A DNA stretch of 64,000 nt from an uncultured Cytophagales bacterium (GCA_963768025.1 CAVYGM010000042.1:142589-206588); one strand, 5' to 3'. Counted from the first letter of the stretch, positions 29,789 to 38,505 are shown. Made by a program: numbers and translations. The notes: generated from the sequence alone by a model not told the origin.

Positions 29789-31321
29789 CTAATCCTCCCG
29801 CCCCTCCTTCCGATTGGCATCGGCCATCCTGACAATCTTGGGCGTAAACTTCGCCAGTACCTCCACGAGGTCACGTTGGGCGTCGATGACGGTTTCGATG
29901 TCTTTATACACCATTGGGGCCTCGTCTAGGTCGCCGCCGATGAGCTGAATGTCGGCTTCTTCTACTACCTTCTTCAACTGCGCGTGGGTAATGGTTTTCA
30001 ACGCCTGCGTGCGGGACATTAAGCGCCCAGCTCCGTGCGAAGCCGAGTTGATGGAGTCGGCGTGACCCCGTCCCCGTACCACAAAACCGGGTGTAGTCAT
30101 AGAGCCTGGTATGATGCCCAACACGCCGGGCCCGGCCGGGGTAGCCCCCTTGCGGTGTACCATCACCTCGCGGCCGTCGGCCAGTTGCTCCTTCCAGGCA
30201 AAGTTGTGATGGTTTTCGATCATTGCCAGCGGTTTTTCGCGCAGGGCTTTGGCTACCTTGCTGTGGATTTCGTGGTGGTTGGCTGAGGCGTACTCACCGG
30301 CCAGGTTCATGGCTATCCAGTACTCCTGCCCTTCTTCGGTATCCAGGTCGAGCCAGGCGAGGTGGGCGGCCTGTTTGGGCAATCGGGTTTTCTGCATAGC
30401 CAGTTTGGAGTAGTAGTTGGCCACGTTGCCGCCAAAGCCCCGCGAACCCGAATGCGACAGCAGCGCCAGGTATTGGCCCGCAGGTAGGTTGAGGCCGTTA
30501 GCTTTCTCTTCTCCGTATACGTCCACGAGGCCCCACTCCACAAAGTGGTTGCCGGTGCCGGAGGTACCTAGCTGCCGGTAGGCCTTGTCTTTGAGGTTGC
30601 GGATCACCTTGGTGGCGTGCCACTCGGGCCGGTCCATCACGCTCTCGTCAAACTTGTCGCGTACCTCGCCCCCCATGCCAAATTTGGTATTTTCGAGCAG
30701 CGTCTTTTGCAGCAGGTGCGGCTCGCGCTTCAAAAAATCTGGCGTCATATCGAAGATAGACAGGCACATGCGGCAAGCAATATCCACGCCCACGGCGTAG
30801 GGAATGACGGTGTTCGGCTCCGTGGCCAGCACGCCGCCAATGGGTAGTCCGTAGCCTTGGTGGGCATCGGGCATGAGCGCCCCGGCCACCGAAATGGGCA
30901 GGCTCGCGGCAGTTTCCATTTGCCGGAGAGCGCCCTCTTCGATGTGCTCGCGGCCAAAAATAGCGTAGGGTAGCTGCTCGGCTCGCAAGTCAAAGGCCTG
31001 TGTCCCCTGCTGCTCCCCGGCCGGAAGCACAAACGGCGGTGGCTCCGGCGGCAGGTAGGTGGCTCCCGCTACGCTCAGCGGCACGGCAATGCCCTGCTTG
31101 TTGAGAGCGTAGATGGCCTGCGCCAGGTTGGTGACCTTGCTTCTGGAGTAGGCGTATTTTTTGGGGTTCCGCAGCACCTGCGCCAGCAGGCCCATTACTT
31201 TTTCTTTGGGGTACTTGGCCCGCTGCACCAGCCCGTTGGCCACCCGCAGAAATGTCGCGTGCAGGTCGGCAGGAATGGGGGCCAGGATCAGGATATCGTC
31301 AAGGGTGATTGGGGTTTCCAT
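29789..31321 (-). CDS. rtcB: RtcB-family RNA 3'-phosphate ligase with a roughly 120-aa N-terminal extension
   Basis: Conserved RtcB core (…MPDAHQGYGLPIGGV…, …GTSGTGNHF…, …HNFAW…, …SASHGAGR…). The start is assigned to the ATG at 31319-31321 (METPITL…). Confidence 0.9.
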   Translation of the reverse strand: METPITLDDILILAPIPADLHATFLRVANGLVQRAKYPKEKVMGLLAQVLRNPKKYAYSRSKVTNLAQAIYALNKQGIAVPLSVAGATYLPPEPPPFVLPAGEQQGTQAFDLRAEQLPYAIFGREHIEEGALRQMETAASLPISVAGALMPDAHQGYGLPIGGVLATEPNTVIPYAVGVDIACRMCLSIFDMTPDFLKREPHLLQKTLLENTKFGMGGEVRDKFDESVMDRPEWHATKVIRNLKDKAYRQLGTSGTGNHFVEWGLVDVYGEEKANGLNLPAGQYLALLSHSGSRGFGGNVANYYSKLAMQKTRLPKQAAHLAWLDLDTEEGQEYWIAMNLAGEYASANHHEIHSKVAKALREKPLAMIENHHNFAWKEQLADGREVMVHRKGATPAGPGVLGIIPGSMTTPGFVVRGRGHADSINSASHGAGRLMSRTQALKTITHAQLKKVVEEADIQLIGGDLDEAPMVYKDIETVIDAQRDLVEVLAKFTPKIVRMADANRKEGRED

Positions 31322-31348
31322 GGTTGATTTTATGTCTATAGAAAAATT

Positions 31349-31428
31349 AAAACCGCAAAGACGCGATGGGCGCAAGGATTCAATTGCTTTATTTTTAATT
31401 CTTTGCGCCTTAGCGTCTTTGCGGTTTT
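31349..31428 (-). terminator. About 80-nt nested hairpin (outer arms AAAACCGCAAAGACGC / GCGTCTTTGCGGTTTT, inner GGCGCAAGGA / TCTTTGCGCC) between the SPFH stop and the rtcB start
   Basis: Read from the sequence. On the minus-strand transcript it is followed by UUAAUUUUUC, so it is a plausible intrinsic terminator for the SPFH gene. A role as a regulatory leader for rtcB is also possible. Confidence 0.5.
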
Positions 31429-31447
31429 AAAAATATTGGGTATCTAC

Positions 31448-32554
31448 TTAATTTTTAGAAGAAACAAAAATCTGCTTTAATTGGTCAATAATCTGACCGC
31501 TGCCGGATACAGAAATGGAGCTGATTTTGTCGGCGATTTTTTCTACGTACTCCATCTCCTTTAACTTCCACAGCATGTCGTTGTCCTCCATGAGCTTGGC
31601 GGTATTTAGCAAGCTACGCGTGGATGCGGTTTCCTCCCGACGCATGATGATGTTGGCCTGGGCTTTCTTTTCGGCCATTAACACCTGATTCATGATGTCG
31701 CGCATATCCCCCGGCAGGATAATGTCGCGAACGCCTCCACCCATCAACTCTACGCCCAGTAGCCCGGCTTTGGCTTTGGTCGCGTGCAGAATGGCTTCGG
31801 CCATGTCGGCTTTTTTATCGAGCAATTCGTCGAGGGTCAAGCCCCCGATGTACGCCCGTAAGGCCAGCTGAATCTGTACGTATAGTTGCTTGTCGTACTC
31901 CCTGTTTTCGACTAACGCTAACTTCACGTCATTGACCTGGTACTGCACATAAAAGCTAATCCGAATGGAGGCTTTGTCTTTGGTCAAAATCTCCTGACCC
32001 GAGATTTCCATCTGCTGCCGACGGGTATCGACTTTCGAAAAGTTAATCGGCGTGTTATTTTTCCACCAGTAATACTGTCCGGGGCCCAGCACGCTATCGA
32101 ATTTCCAGTCTATGTATAAAATGGCTTTCTCGTGCTGTTCCACGGTGACGGTCCGTGTGTAGGTACCCAAAGCCTGAGGCAGCAGCGACGCCAGATCCAC
32201 TTCGGCCGGAATAGCCAACTGAGTAACATCCAGAACCTGGTAGTGGTAGTTCCTTACGCCCTTCCAATACGCCCAGCGTCCGGTCCGCAAAACGCCCTGG
32301 AACAGATCATTTTCGTACTGCAACGCAATCTCGTTGTCTTTTACTTCCACCACGTCCAGTTCGGCCGCAATGGCTGGGTACGAAAGCAGGATCGTCAGGT
32401 CGCAGGGCGGATTTTTTAATAATTCACCCCGGTTATAGACGTATACGGTTTCGTTGGACCAAATCCAGTGTTTCCCCGGTGAAAGTACTTTCTGGAAATC
32501 GCCGTGTTTGAATACTAACCCGATTTGCAGGGCCTGGATGCGAACAGTTTTCAT
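31448..32554 (-). CDS. SPFH/band-7 domain protein (slipin/flotillin-like)
   Basis: SPFH core (…YVQYQVNDVKLALVENREYDKQLYVQIQLALRAYIGGLTLDELLDKK…) and a coiled-coil C-terminus. There is no obvious N-terminal TM anchor. Confidence 0.75.
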   Translation of the reverse strand: MKTVRIQALQIGLVFKHGDFQKVLSPGKHWIWSNETVYVYNRGELLKNPPCDLTILLSYPAIAAELDVVEVKDNEIALQYENDLFQGVLRTGRWAYWKGVRNYHYQVLDVTQLAIPAEVDLASLLPQALGTYTRTVTVEQHEKAILYIDWKFDSVLGPGQYYWWKNNTPINFSKVDTRRQQMEISGQEILTKDKASIRISFYVQYQVNDVKLALVENREYDKQLYVQIQLALRAYIGGLTLDELLDKKADMAEAILHATKAKAGLLGVELMGGGVRDIILPGDMRDIMNQVLMAEKKAQANIIMRREETASTRSLLNTAKLMEDNDMLWKLKEMEYVEKIADKISSISVSGSGQIIDQLKQIFVSSKN

Positions 32555-32868
32555 GATTATTATGGATAAATGGTTTCAATGTATACCAGCAGAAGGCTAC
32601 CCCTTGAGCTAACACGGAGACAGGTGGTGAGAGCAATCGGAAAAGAGGTTCGAAAAAAGGGTTCAGGACCAAGTGCCAGCGCCGAACCGAAGCCCGGGAG
32701 CCAACCGCATTGAGGCTGAATGCTTTTTCAGAAGCTGCCTTCCTTCCTGCCCACACCCGGTCTGTCTACTTGGTGCCGGCCCAAGTGTGGTGAATCTGGC
32801 AAGCCAGGGCACCACGGGGTAGCGTCTGCTGATTTTTTTTGGTGGCCTTTTAGAAGTGACCTTCTTCT

Positions 32869-33018
32869 TCTGTTGCTCTACCAACTGAGCTATCTTGCCA
32901 GGGCAAGAAGAGGACTCGAACCTCTGACTGACAGATCACAGTACTCTGTTGCTCTACCATTGAGCTTCCCTGCCGGAGCAAGGGGAGGACTCGAACCTCC
33001 ATGCCACAGAGTACAAAA
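32869..33018 (-). pseudogene. Cluster of three tRNA-derived segments on the minus strand: a 3' half (about 32975-33018), a near-full-length tRNA-like unit with a 9-nt anticodon loop (32901-32974), and a 5' half (32869-32899)
   Basis: Minus-strand read of the middle unit: GGCAGGGAAGCTCAATGGTAGAGCAACAGAGTACTGTGATCTGTCAGTCAGAGGTTCGAGTCCTCTTCTTGCCC. The acceptor, D, T (AGAGG/TTCGAGT/CCTCT) and anticodon stems (ACAGA/TCTGT) all pair, but the anticodon loop is GUACUGUGA. Flanking pieces are GGCAAGATAGCTCAGTTGGTAGAGCAACAGA… and …GTACTCTGTGGCATGGAGGTTCGAGTCCTCCCCTTGCTCC. Confidence 0.6.
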
Positions 33019-33203
33019 CGAAACCAACCCTTAGCCAACAGCATATCGGTAATCAGCGACTCCGACACTATGGGGCTATGTAAAAACCCACATCCGGTTT
33101 GGCTACGTTGCTTTCGTCCCAACAAAGGTTAGCGCCAGGTACGCAGTCTTTTTGCGTAGATGAAAAAACTTTTTACTTTTCTGAAAATATTTTCTTTTTA
33201 CCT

Positions 33204-34217
33204 ATGCCTGCCAACCGAAATGCCCTCGTCCGCTACAAAACCATTGATGCCTGCCTGCGCAACCGGCAGCGCAACTGGACACTCGACGACCTGATGGAAA
33301 AAGTATCAGAAGCCCTATATGAGTACGAGGGTATCGACAAAGGCATCAGCCGACGCACGGTGCAGGCCGATATCCAATTGATGCGGAGCGATAAGCTGGG
33401 CTACTTTGCCCCCATCATCATTCGCGACAAAAAGTATTATACCTACGAAGATCCCGGGTATAGTATCACCAATATTCCGCTGTCGGATGGTGATCTGGCG
33501 CGCATGAATGAGGCCGTGGAGGTATTGAAGCAGTTCAAGGGCTTCTCCCACTTTACCTCCCTCAACGAAGTGGTGCAAAAGCTGGAAGATCATGTGTTTT
33601 CGTCGGCCCGAAAAATGGCTCCTATTATTGATTTTGAGAAAAACGAAAACCTGAAAGGACTTCACTTTCTGGATGATTTGTACCAGGCCGTAATCCAAAA
33701 AAAGGCGGTACTCCTGACGTACCAGTCATTTTCAGCCCACCTCCCACAAACGTTTCCCTTTCATGTGTGGTGGCTAAAAGAGTTCAAAAATCGTTGGTTT
33801 GCGGTGGGCGTTCGTACTGAGCAGCGACACGTGACGAACCTGGCCCTGGACCGGATCATGAACCTGGACTCTGCACCTGATACCGACTACGTAGCAAACC
33901 AACAACTTGACCCGGAACAGTACTACCGCGACGTGATCGGCGTGACGGTGAATGCGAACCTACGACCCCTGAAAGTGAAACTATTCGTCGCCCAGCTTCA
34001 TGCACCCTACGTCGAAACCAAACCTCTCCACCACTCGCAGCAGGTAAAGGAGCGGCGCCCGGACGGCCTTGTCATTCAGCTGAAAGTACAGCACAACTTC
34101 GAACTCGAAAAAGAAATCCTCAGCTTTGGCGAAGGCATGGTGGTGCTCGAACCCGAGAAGCTCCGCCAAATTATCAGCCGACGAATGAAGGCCGCCCTTA
34201 CTTCCTACGAGCCGTGA
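33204..34217 (+). CDS. HTH-WYL-WCX transcriptional regulator (BrxR/CapW/PafBC-like)
   Basis: ATG at 33204 (MPANRNALVRYKTIDACLRN…). N-terminal wHTH, central WYL-like segment (…HVWWLKEFKNRWFAVGV…) and a C-terminal extension. Confidence 0.75.
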   Translation: MPANRNALVRYKTIDACLRNRQRNWTLDDLMEKVSEALYEYEGIDKGISRRTVQADIQLMRSDKLGYFAPIIIRDKKYYTYEDPGYSITNIPLSDGDLARMNEAVEVLKQFKGFSHFTSLNEVVQKLEDHVFSSARKMAPIIDFEKNENLKGLHFLDDLYQAVIQKKAVLLTYQSFSAHLPQTFPFHVWWLKEFKNRWFAVGVRTEQRHVTNLALDRIMNLDSAPDTDYVANQQLDPEQYYRDVIGVTVNANLRPLKVKLFVAQLHAPYVETKPLHHSQQVKERRPDGLVIQLKVQHNFELEKEILSFGEGMVVLEPEKLRQIISRRMKAALTSYEP

Positions 34218-34569
34218 TTTGGTAGTTTGTGAAGTTTTGGATCTGTGCTTAGGTGTTCAAAATCAAGCCGCTGGGCATTAAACAGGTAGGGAAATGCAAC
34301 CTGCCCAAATCTCAAATTTGCCCTTGGATGGCATCCTGTCTCTGTCATCCTGTGTCAGGGAATGAATGGGCATCTAATAGGCATTTAGTCAAAGGCTATC
34401 AGCGAGGCCAATGCGATATTTGAGGTCGGTGGGAGTAGAAGATGGGAGCACCTGGTAGGGCGATTCTTTATCCATTTTAATTTCTAACAGCTTTTCCAAT
34501 AGAATGTCTATTCATCTGCTAATTTGCTGTCGATCTCCATGCTTGCATGCAAAACACGGCTAATCTCGA

Positions 34570-34689
34570 TTACATGATCTGCACCACCCTGACAACCTCA
34601 CTGGTCGAAGCATACCGGCCTGCTTCAATTTGTTTTTGTATAAAGGCATCAAAATGCTCTCCAACGGTAATGAATGCATTTCCTTTCAT
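34570..34689 (-). pseudogene. Truncated ParD/CopG-type (RHH) antitoxin remnant (39 codons)
   Basis: Minus-strand ORF MKGNAFITVGEHFDAFIQKQIEAGRYASTSEVVRVVQIM* matches the N-terminal half of ParD antitoxins (…GRYASASEV(I/V)R…). No intact partner toxin ORF is nearby, and the surrounding 34.2-35.1 kb has no ORF of 60 aa or more. Confidence 0.5.
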
Positions 34690-35185
34690 TGCCTGATTCT
34701 GAGTTGATTACACAAATACATCCAAATGTACCAAACATTGGTACATTTGTCAATTTTTATAGGTAAAGCCACGTCAGCGCTGTTTTTCCTGCTCCCTATA
34801 TCAGACTTGAACATCGGTGGAGCTCAGTGGCTATCGAAGAATGTCAAAAAAAGATCTGTGGAGGATTAAGGTAATCAACATGAGGAGCAAATGATGGAGG
34901 AACCGGGGTTTATTGGACATGAAGCTGATTTGAATACGGGCTGCAAGTTGGCGTAAACCAGGTGGCGGGTAGTCGAAGACTATTTCATTATTTGAAGTAC
35001 GGAGTCTTCTTGCTCGAGACCCCGTACAGCGAGGGAATAGGCCACAAAGTATTTCCTAAAAAATTGATTGAATAGCGAATACTATCTAATTGTTTAATTT
35101 TCTCTCAATATTGTTTAAATTTTCGGAAATTAACACTAAATTATATTTAGCTTTGTGTGTCACAATTAAACAATTGAATACATCC

Positions 35186-35479
35186 ATGAAAGATATTTCT
35201 ACAAATGAATCACTTCAAAGGTTTTTGGAATGGATGAATACCAACGGAGGCCCTACCGAAGTTGCTCGTAAAGTAGGTAAAACCCCGCAGAGTTTTTACA
35301 ATTACGCCAATAGAGGATCAATGCCTAATATGGAAATTTTGCAGTTGATTGCTTCTGGATACCCAGATTTTGACGCAAATTACATACTTAGGGGTGTACC
35401 ATTTTCAAGTAGTGAGACAGAGTTAAGGAAGGAAATTGAATACTATAAAGCTATAATTTCAAAACTTATCGAGAAGTAG
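35186..35479 (+). CDS. Small helix-turn-helix DNA-binding protein (XRE-like) in the AT-rich region
   Basis: 97 aa from the ATG at 35186. The …EVARKVGKTPQSFYNYANRGSMP… segment resembles an HTH motif. Confidence 0.45.
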   Translation: MKDISTNESLQRFLEWMNTNGGPTEVARKVGKTPQSFYNYANRGSMPNMEILQLIASGYPDFDANYILRGVPFSSSETELRKEIEYYKAIISKLIEK

Positions 35480-35803
35480 AGCGAGACTCTACGCGCGCTA
35501 GCAAAGAGTTTGTAATATACTTACCCAATTCTTCTAGGACCACGACGCACGCGGAAACCATCAGCCTGACTTTCCGCGTACCGTATCAAAATCACGTATC
35601 TTATTCTTATTCGGTTGCATGGCAAGCATTCTACCTACCTCAGAAGATGGTGAATTCTGCGAGTCCCTTAAAGTGCTTCCATGCTGAAAATAGGATAACC
35701 ATAAAAAAGGCGGGAATTATTCGAAGTCAGTCAATAAGGCAGGAAGTTGTCCCTGCTAGTGAGCATTTTTCAGAAAGTGTCCACGCCACTGCGCCCCCAG
35801 AAG

Positions 35804-35840
35804 CAAAAAACCCACTCAGCGTAGCGCTAAGCGGGTTTTC
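35804..35840 (-). terminator. Intrinsic terminator downstream of tRNA-Phe
   Basis: Minus strand: AAAACCCGCUUAGCG-CUA-CGCUGAGUGGGUUUUUU (11-bp stem with two G-U pairs, then a U-run). Confidence 0.65.
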
Positions 35841-35842
35841 TG

Positions 35843-35915
35843 TGGTGATGGACGGAATCGAACCGCCGACACAAGGATTTTCAGTCCTTTGCTCTACCGA
35901 CTGAGCTACATCACC
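35843..35915 (-). tRNA. tRNA-Phe (anticodon GAA)
   Basis: Minus-strand read: GGTGATGTAGCTCAGTCGGTAGAGCAAAGGACTGAAAATCCTTGTGTCGGCGGTTCGATTCCGTCCATCACCA. Canonical cloverleaf, anticodon loop CUGAAAA, and no encoded CCA. Confidence 0.9.
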
Positions 35916-36198
35916 GTGCCAGTTGGCCCCGTTTGGGACTGCAAAAATAGAAGGCTGGTTTGGGTTTGCAAAACATTTTTTCGATTTCTTTCAAAAACTT
36001 TCTCTCGTCAGCCTCCAAATCCCTCAGCAGAAAGGAATTGGATACTTTTTGCGCATTCTTTCCCAAAATAATCTAACTTACTCTCTTGACCGCCTGCTTT
36101 TTTTCTCGATATTTGTGGTAGTATGCATGCATACTACTTTAAAAACATTTTTTGTACTTCACTTGTCCTATATTCACGGATCAACCACTTGACCAACC

Positions 36199-37518
36199 AT
36201 GGAAATACTTCAGCTGATAGCGTTCATTGCCGTTTTTGGCCTAACGATCTGGTTTATAGCCAAGCGAGTGACCTTTATCAAACAAAACATTCAGGTAGGT
36301 CGTCCCGAAAACCGCACGGATCGCCCGGCCGAACGGCTGGGTGTGATGCTCCGGGTAGCGTTTGGACAAACCAAGATGTTCGACCGCCCCGTGGTGGGTA
36401 TCATGCACTTTGTGATCTATGCCGGTTTTCTGCTGATCAATATAGAGGTTCTGGAAATCATCCTGGACGGCATTACGGGCCAACACCGGCTGTTTGCGCC
36501 GTGGCTGGGAGGCTTCTACACGTTCCTCATCAGCTTTTTTGAGTTTCTGGCTGTGGGCGTGTGGGTGGTCTGCGTGGTGTTTCTACTCCGCCGCAACGTT
36601 ACCAAGGTAGAACGCCTGCAAGCGAGCCGCCACCGTGAGATGAACGGCTGGCCTGAGCTAGACGCCAACCTGATCCTGATTTTCGAGATTGTCCTCATGA
36701 CCGCCATCCTGACTATGAATGCCGCCGATCTGGCCTTGCAGGACCTGGGCAGTGCGCACTATACCCAAACGGGTACCTTTGCGTTCAGTCAGTGGCTGAA
36801 GCCCCTCTTTGCGGGCTGGAGCGAAACCAGTCTGATCGTCTACGAACGCGTGGCCTGGTGGATTCACATCGTGGGCATCTTTGGCTTTGCGGTGTACGTC
36901 ACCTACTCCAAGCACCTGCACATTGCGCTGGCGTTCCCGAATACCTACTTTGCCCGGCTGATTCCGCGCGGGGAAATGCAGAATATGCCCGAGATAACCA
37001 AAGAGGTGAAGATCATGCTTGGGGTAGAGCAGCCCGACCCCAACGAACAACCCGCCGAAATAGGGCGGTTTGGGGCCAAGGATGTGATGGATCTGAGCTG
37101 GAAAAACCTGATGGATGCCTACTCGTGTACCGAATGCGGACGCTGCACCTCGCAGTGCCCGGCCAACCTCACGGGCAAGCTGCTGTCGCCGCGCAAGATT
37201 ATGATGGACACCCGCGACCGCCTCGAAGACGTAGGGCGAAATAGGCAGGCCAACGGAGGAACCTTTGTGGACGATGGGAAAAGCCTGCTGCACGACCACA
37301 TCCTGCAGGAGGAACTGCTGGCCTGCACTACCTGCAACGCCTGCGTGGAGGCCTGCCCCATCCTGATTAATCCGCTGGATATTATTTTGCAGCTCCGTCG
37401 CTACCAGATCATGGATGAGGCCAAGGCCCCCGGCTCCTGGAATGCCATGTTCAGCAACCTCGAAACGAGTCAGGCCCCCTGGAAATTTTCGCCCTGCCGA
37501 CCGGTTCAACTGGGCTGA
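36199..37518 (+). CDS. Membrane-anchored (Fe-S)-binding protein with two 4Fe-4S ferredoxin-type motifs (Hdr/GlpC-like N-terminal module)
   Basis: N-terminal TM helices, then CTECGRCTSQCP and CTTCNACVEACP. Confidence 0.75.
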   Translation: MEILQLIAFIAVFGLTIWFIAKRVTFIKQNIQVGRPENRTDRPAERLGVMLRVAFGQTKMFDRPVVGIMHFVIYAGFLLINIEVLEIILDGITGQHRLFAPWLGGFYTFLISFFEFLAVGVWVVCVVFLLRRNVTKVERLQASRHREMNGWPELDANLILIFEIVLMTAILTMNAADLALQDLGSAHYTQTGTFAFSQWLKPLFAGWSETSLIVYERVAWWIHIVGIFGFAVYVTYSKHLHIALAFPNTYFARLIPRGEMQNMPEITKEVKIMLGVEQPDPNEQPAEIGRFGAKDVMDLSWKNLMDAYSCTECGRCTSQCPANLTGKLLSPRKIMMDTRDRLEDVGRNRQANGGTFVDDGKSLLHDHILQEELLACTTCNACVEACPILINPLDIILQLRRYQIMDEAKAPGSWNAMFSNLETSQAPWKFSPCRPVQLG

Positions 37519-37554
37519 TGGACTGAAATGAAGAGAATTTTAAATGAATTAGTC

Positions 37555-37640
37555 CTTGGTTCTGAGTTCGTAGTTGTGTTTATGTCTGTAAAGAATTGGA
37601 TATACTCCATCAGCAAAAAAACCAAGAACTCAGAACCAAG
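37555..37640. repeat. 15-bp inverted repeat (cttggttctgagttc … gaactcagaaccaag) with a 56-nt spacer in the gap between the two oxidoreductase ORFs
   Basis: Read from the sequence. The right arm overlaps a short direct repeat (accaagaact). Confidence 0.7.
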
Positions 37641-37704
37641 AACTTGAAATTCACCCAATAAAGATAATGGCTAACAGCCTAACGACCTGACTTCTAAAAA
37701 CCTA

Positions 37705-38502
37705 ATGAGCGAAACACCTTATAAAGTACCCACCATGGCCGAGATGGCCGCCCAGGGCGAAATGCCTGAAATTCTGTTTTGGGTAGGTTGCGCCGGCTCA
37801 TTCGACGACCGGAGCAAAAAAATCACCATTGCCTTTGTGAAAATCCTCAACCAAATCGGGATCAAGTTTGCCGTATTAGGTACCGAGGAAGGCTGCACCG
37901 GCGACCCCGCCCGGCGGGCGGGTAATGAGTTTTTGTTTCAGATGCAGGCGATGGCCAATATTCAGGTGCTGGATATGTACAACGTGAAGAAGATCGTGAC
38001 CGCCTGCCCGCACTGCTTCAATACCCTCAAAAACGAGTACCCTGAGCTCGGGGGAAACTACGAAGTAATCCACCATTCTACGTTTTTGCAACAACTCATT
38101 GACGAAGGCCGGATAAAAATCGAGGGGGGAGGTGCCTTCAAGGGCCGCAAAATCACCTTCCACGACTCCTGCTACCTGGGCCGGGCCAATGGCATATACG
38201 AGGCCCCGCGGTCGGTACTGGAAGCACTCGACGCCGATCTGGTAGAAATGAAGCGCAGCAAAGCCAAAGGACTCTGCTGCGGAGCCGGAGGCGGGCAGAT
38301 GTTCAAGGAGCCCGAGCCTGGCAAAAAGGATGTCAACATCGAGCGCATCGAGGAAGCCCTGGCCACTGGGGCCGATACCGTAGCCGTATCCTGTCCTTTT
38401 TGCATGGTGATGATGACCGACGGCGTCAAAAACAAAAACAAGGAAGAATCCGTGCGTGTGTACGATCTGGCCGAGCTGGTGGCTCAGGCCAATGGCTGGT
38501 AA
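37705..38502 (+). CDS. Cysteine-rich CCG-domain protein (HdrD/GlpC C-terminal-module-like), partner of the upstream Fe-S protein
   Basis: Two CCG-type motifs (…VGCAGSF…CTGDP…, …TACPHCFNTL…, …CCGAGGG…, …SCPFCMVMM…). Confidence 0.75.
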   Translation: MSETPYKVPTMAEMAAQGEMPEILFWVGCAGSFDDRSKKITIAFVKILNQIGIKFAVLGTEEGCTGDPARRAGNEFLFQMQAMANIQVLDMYNVKKIVTACPHCFNTLKNEYPELGGNYEVIHHSTFLQQLIDEGRIKIEGGGAFKGRKITFHDSCYLGRANGIYEAPRSVLEALDADLVEMKRSKAKGLCCGAGGGQMFKEPEPGKKDVNIERIEEALATGADTVAVSCPFCMVMMTDGVKNKNKEESVRVYDLAELVAQANGW

Positions 38503-38505
38503 GCG

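Noticed and set aside
34300-34569. A ParE/RelE toxin partner downstream of the ParD-like remnant.
   Set aside because: Translations of all three minus-strand frames give only short stop-interrupted peptides with no ParE-like blocks.
32858-35915. tRNA fragments at 32.9 kb as attL/attR duplicates of tRNA-Phe (35843-35915) delimiting an integrated element.
   Set aside because: The fragments have different acceptor, D-loop and T-loop sequences from tRNA-Phe (TTCGAGT versus TTCGATT, a different acceptor stem). They derive from other tRNA species. No integrase gene is present in the window.
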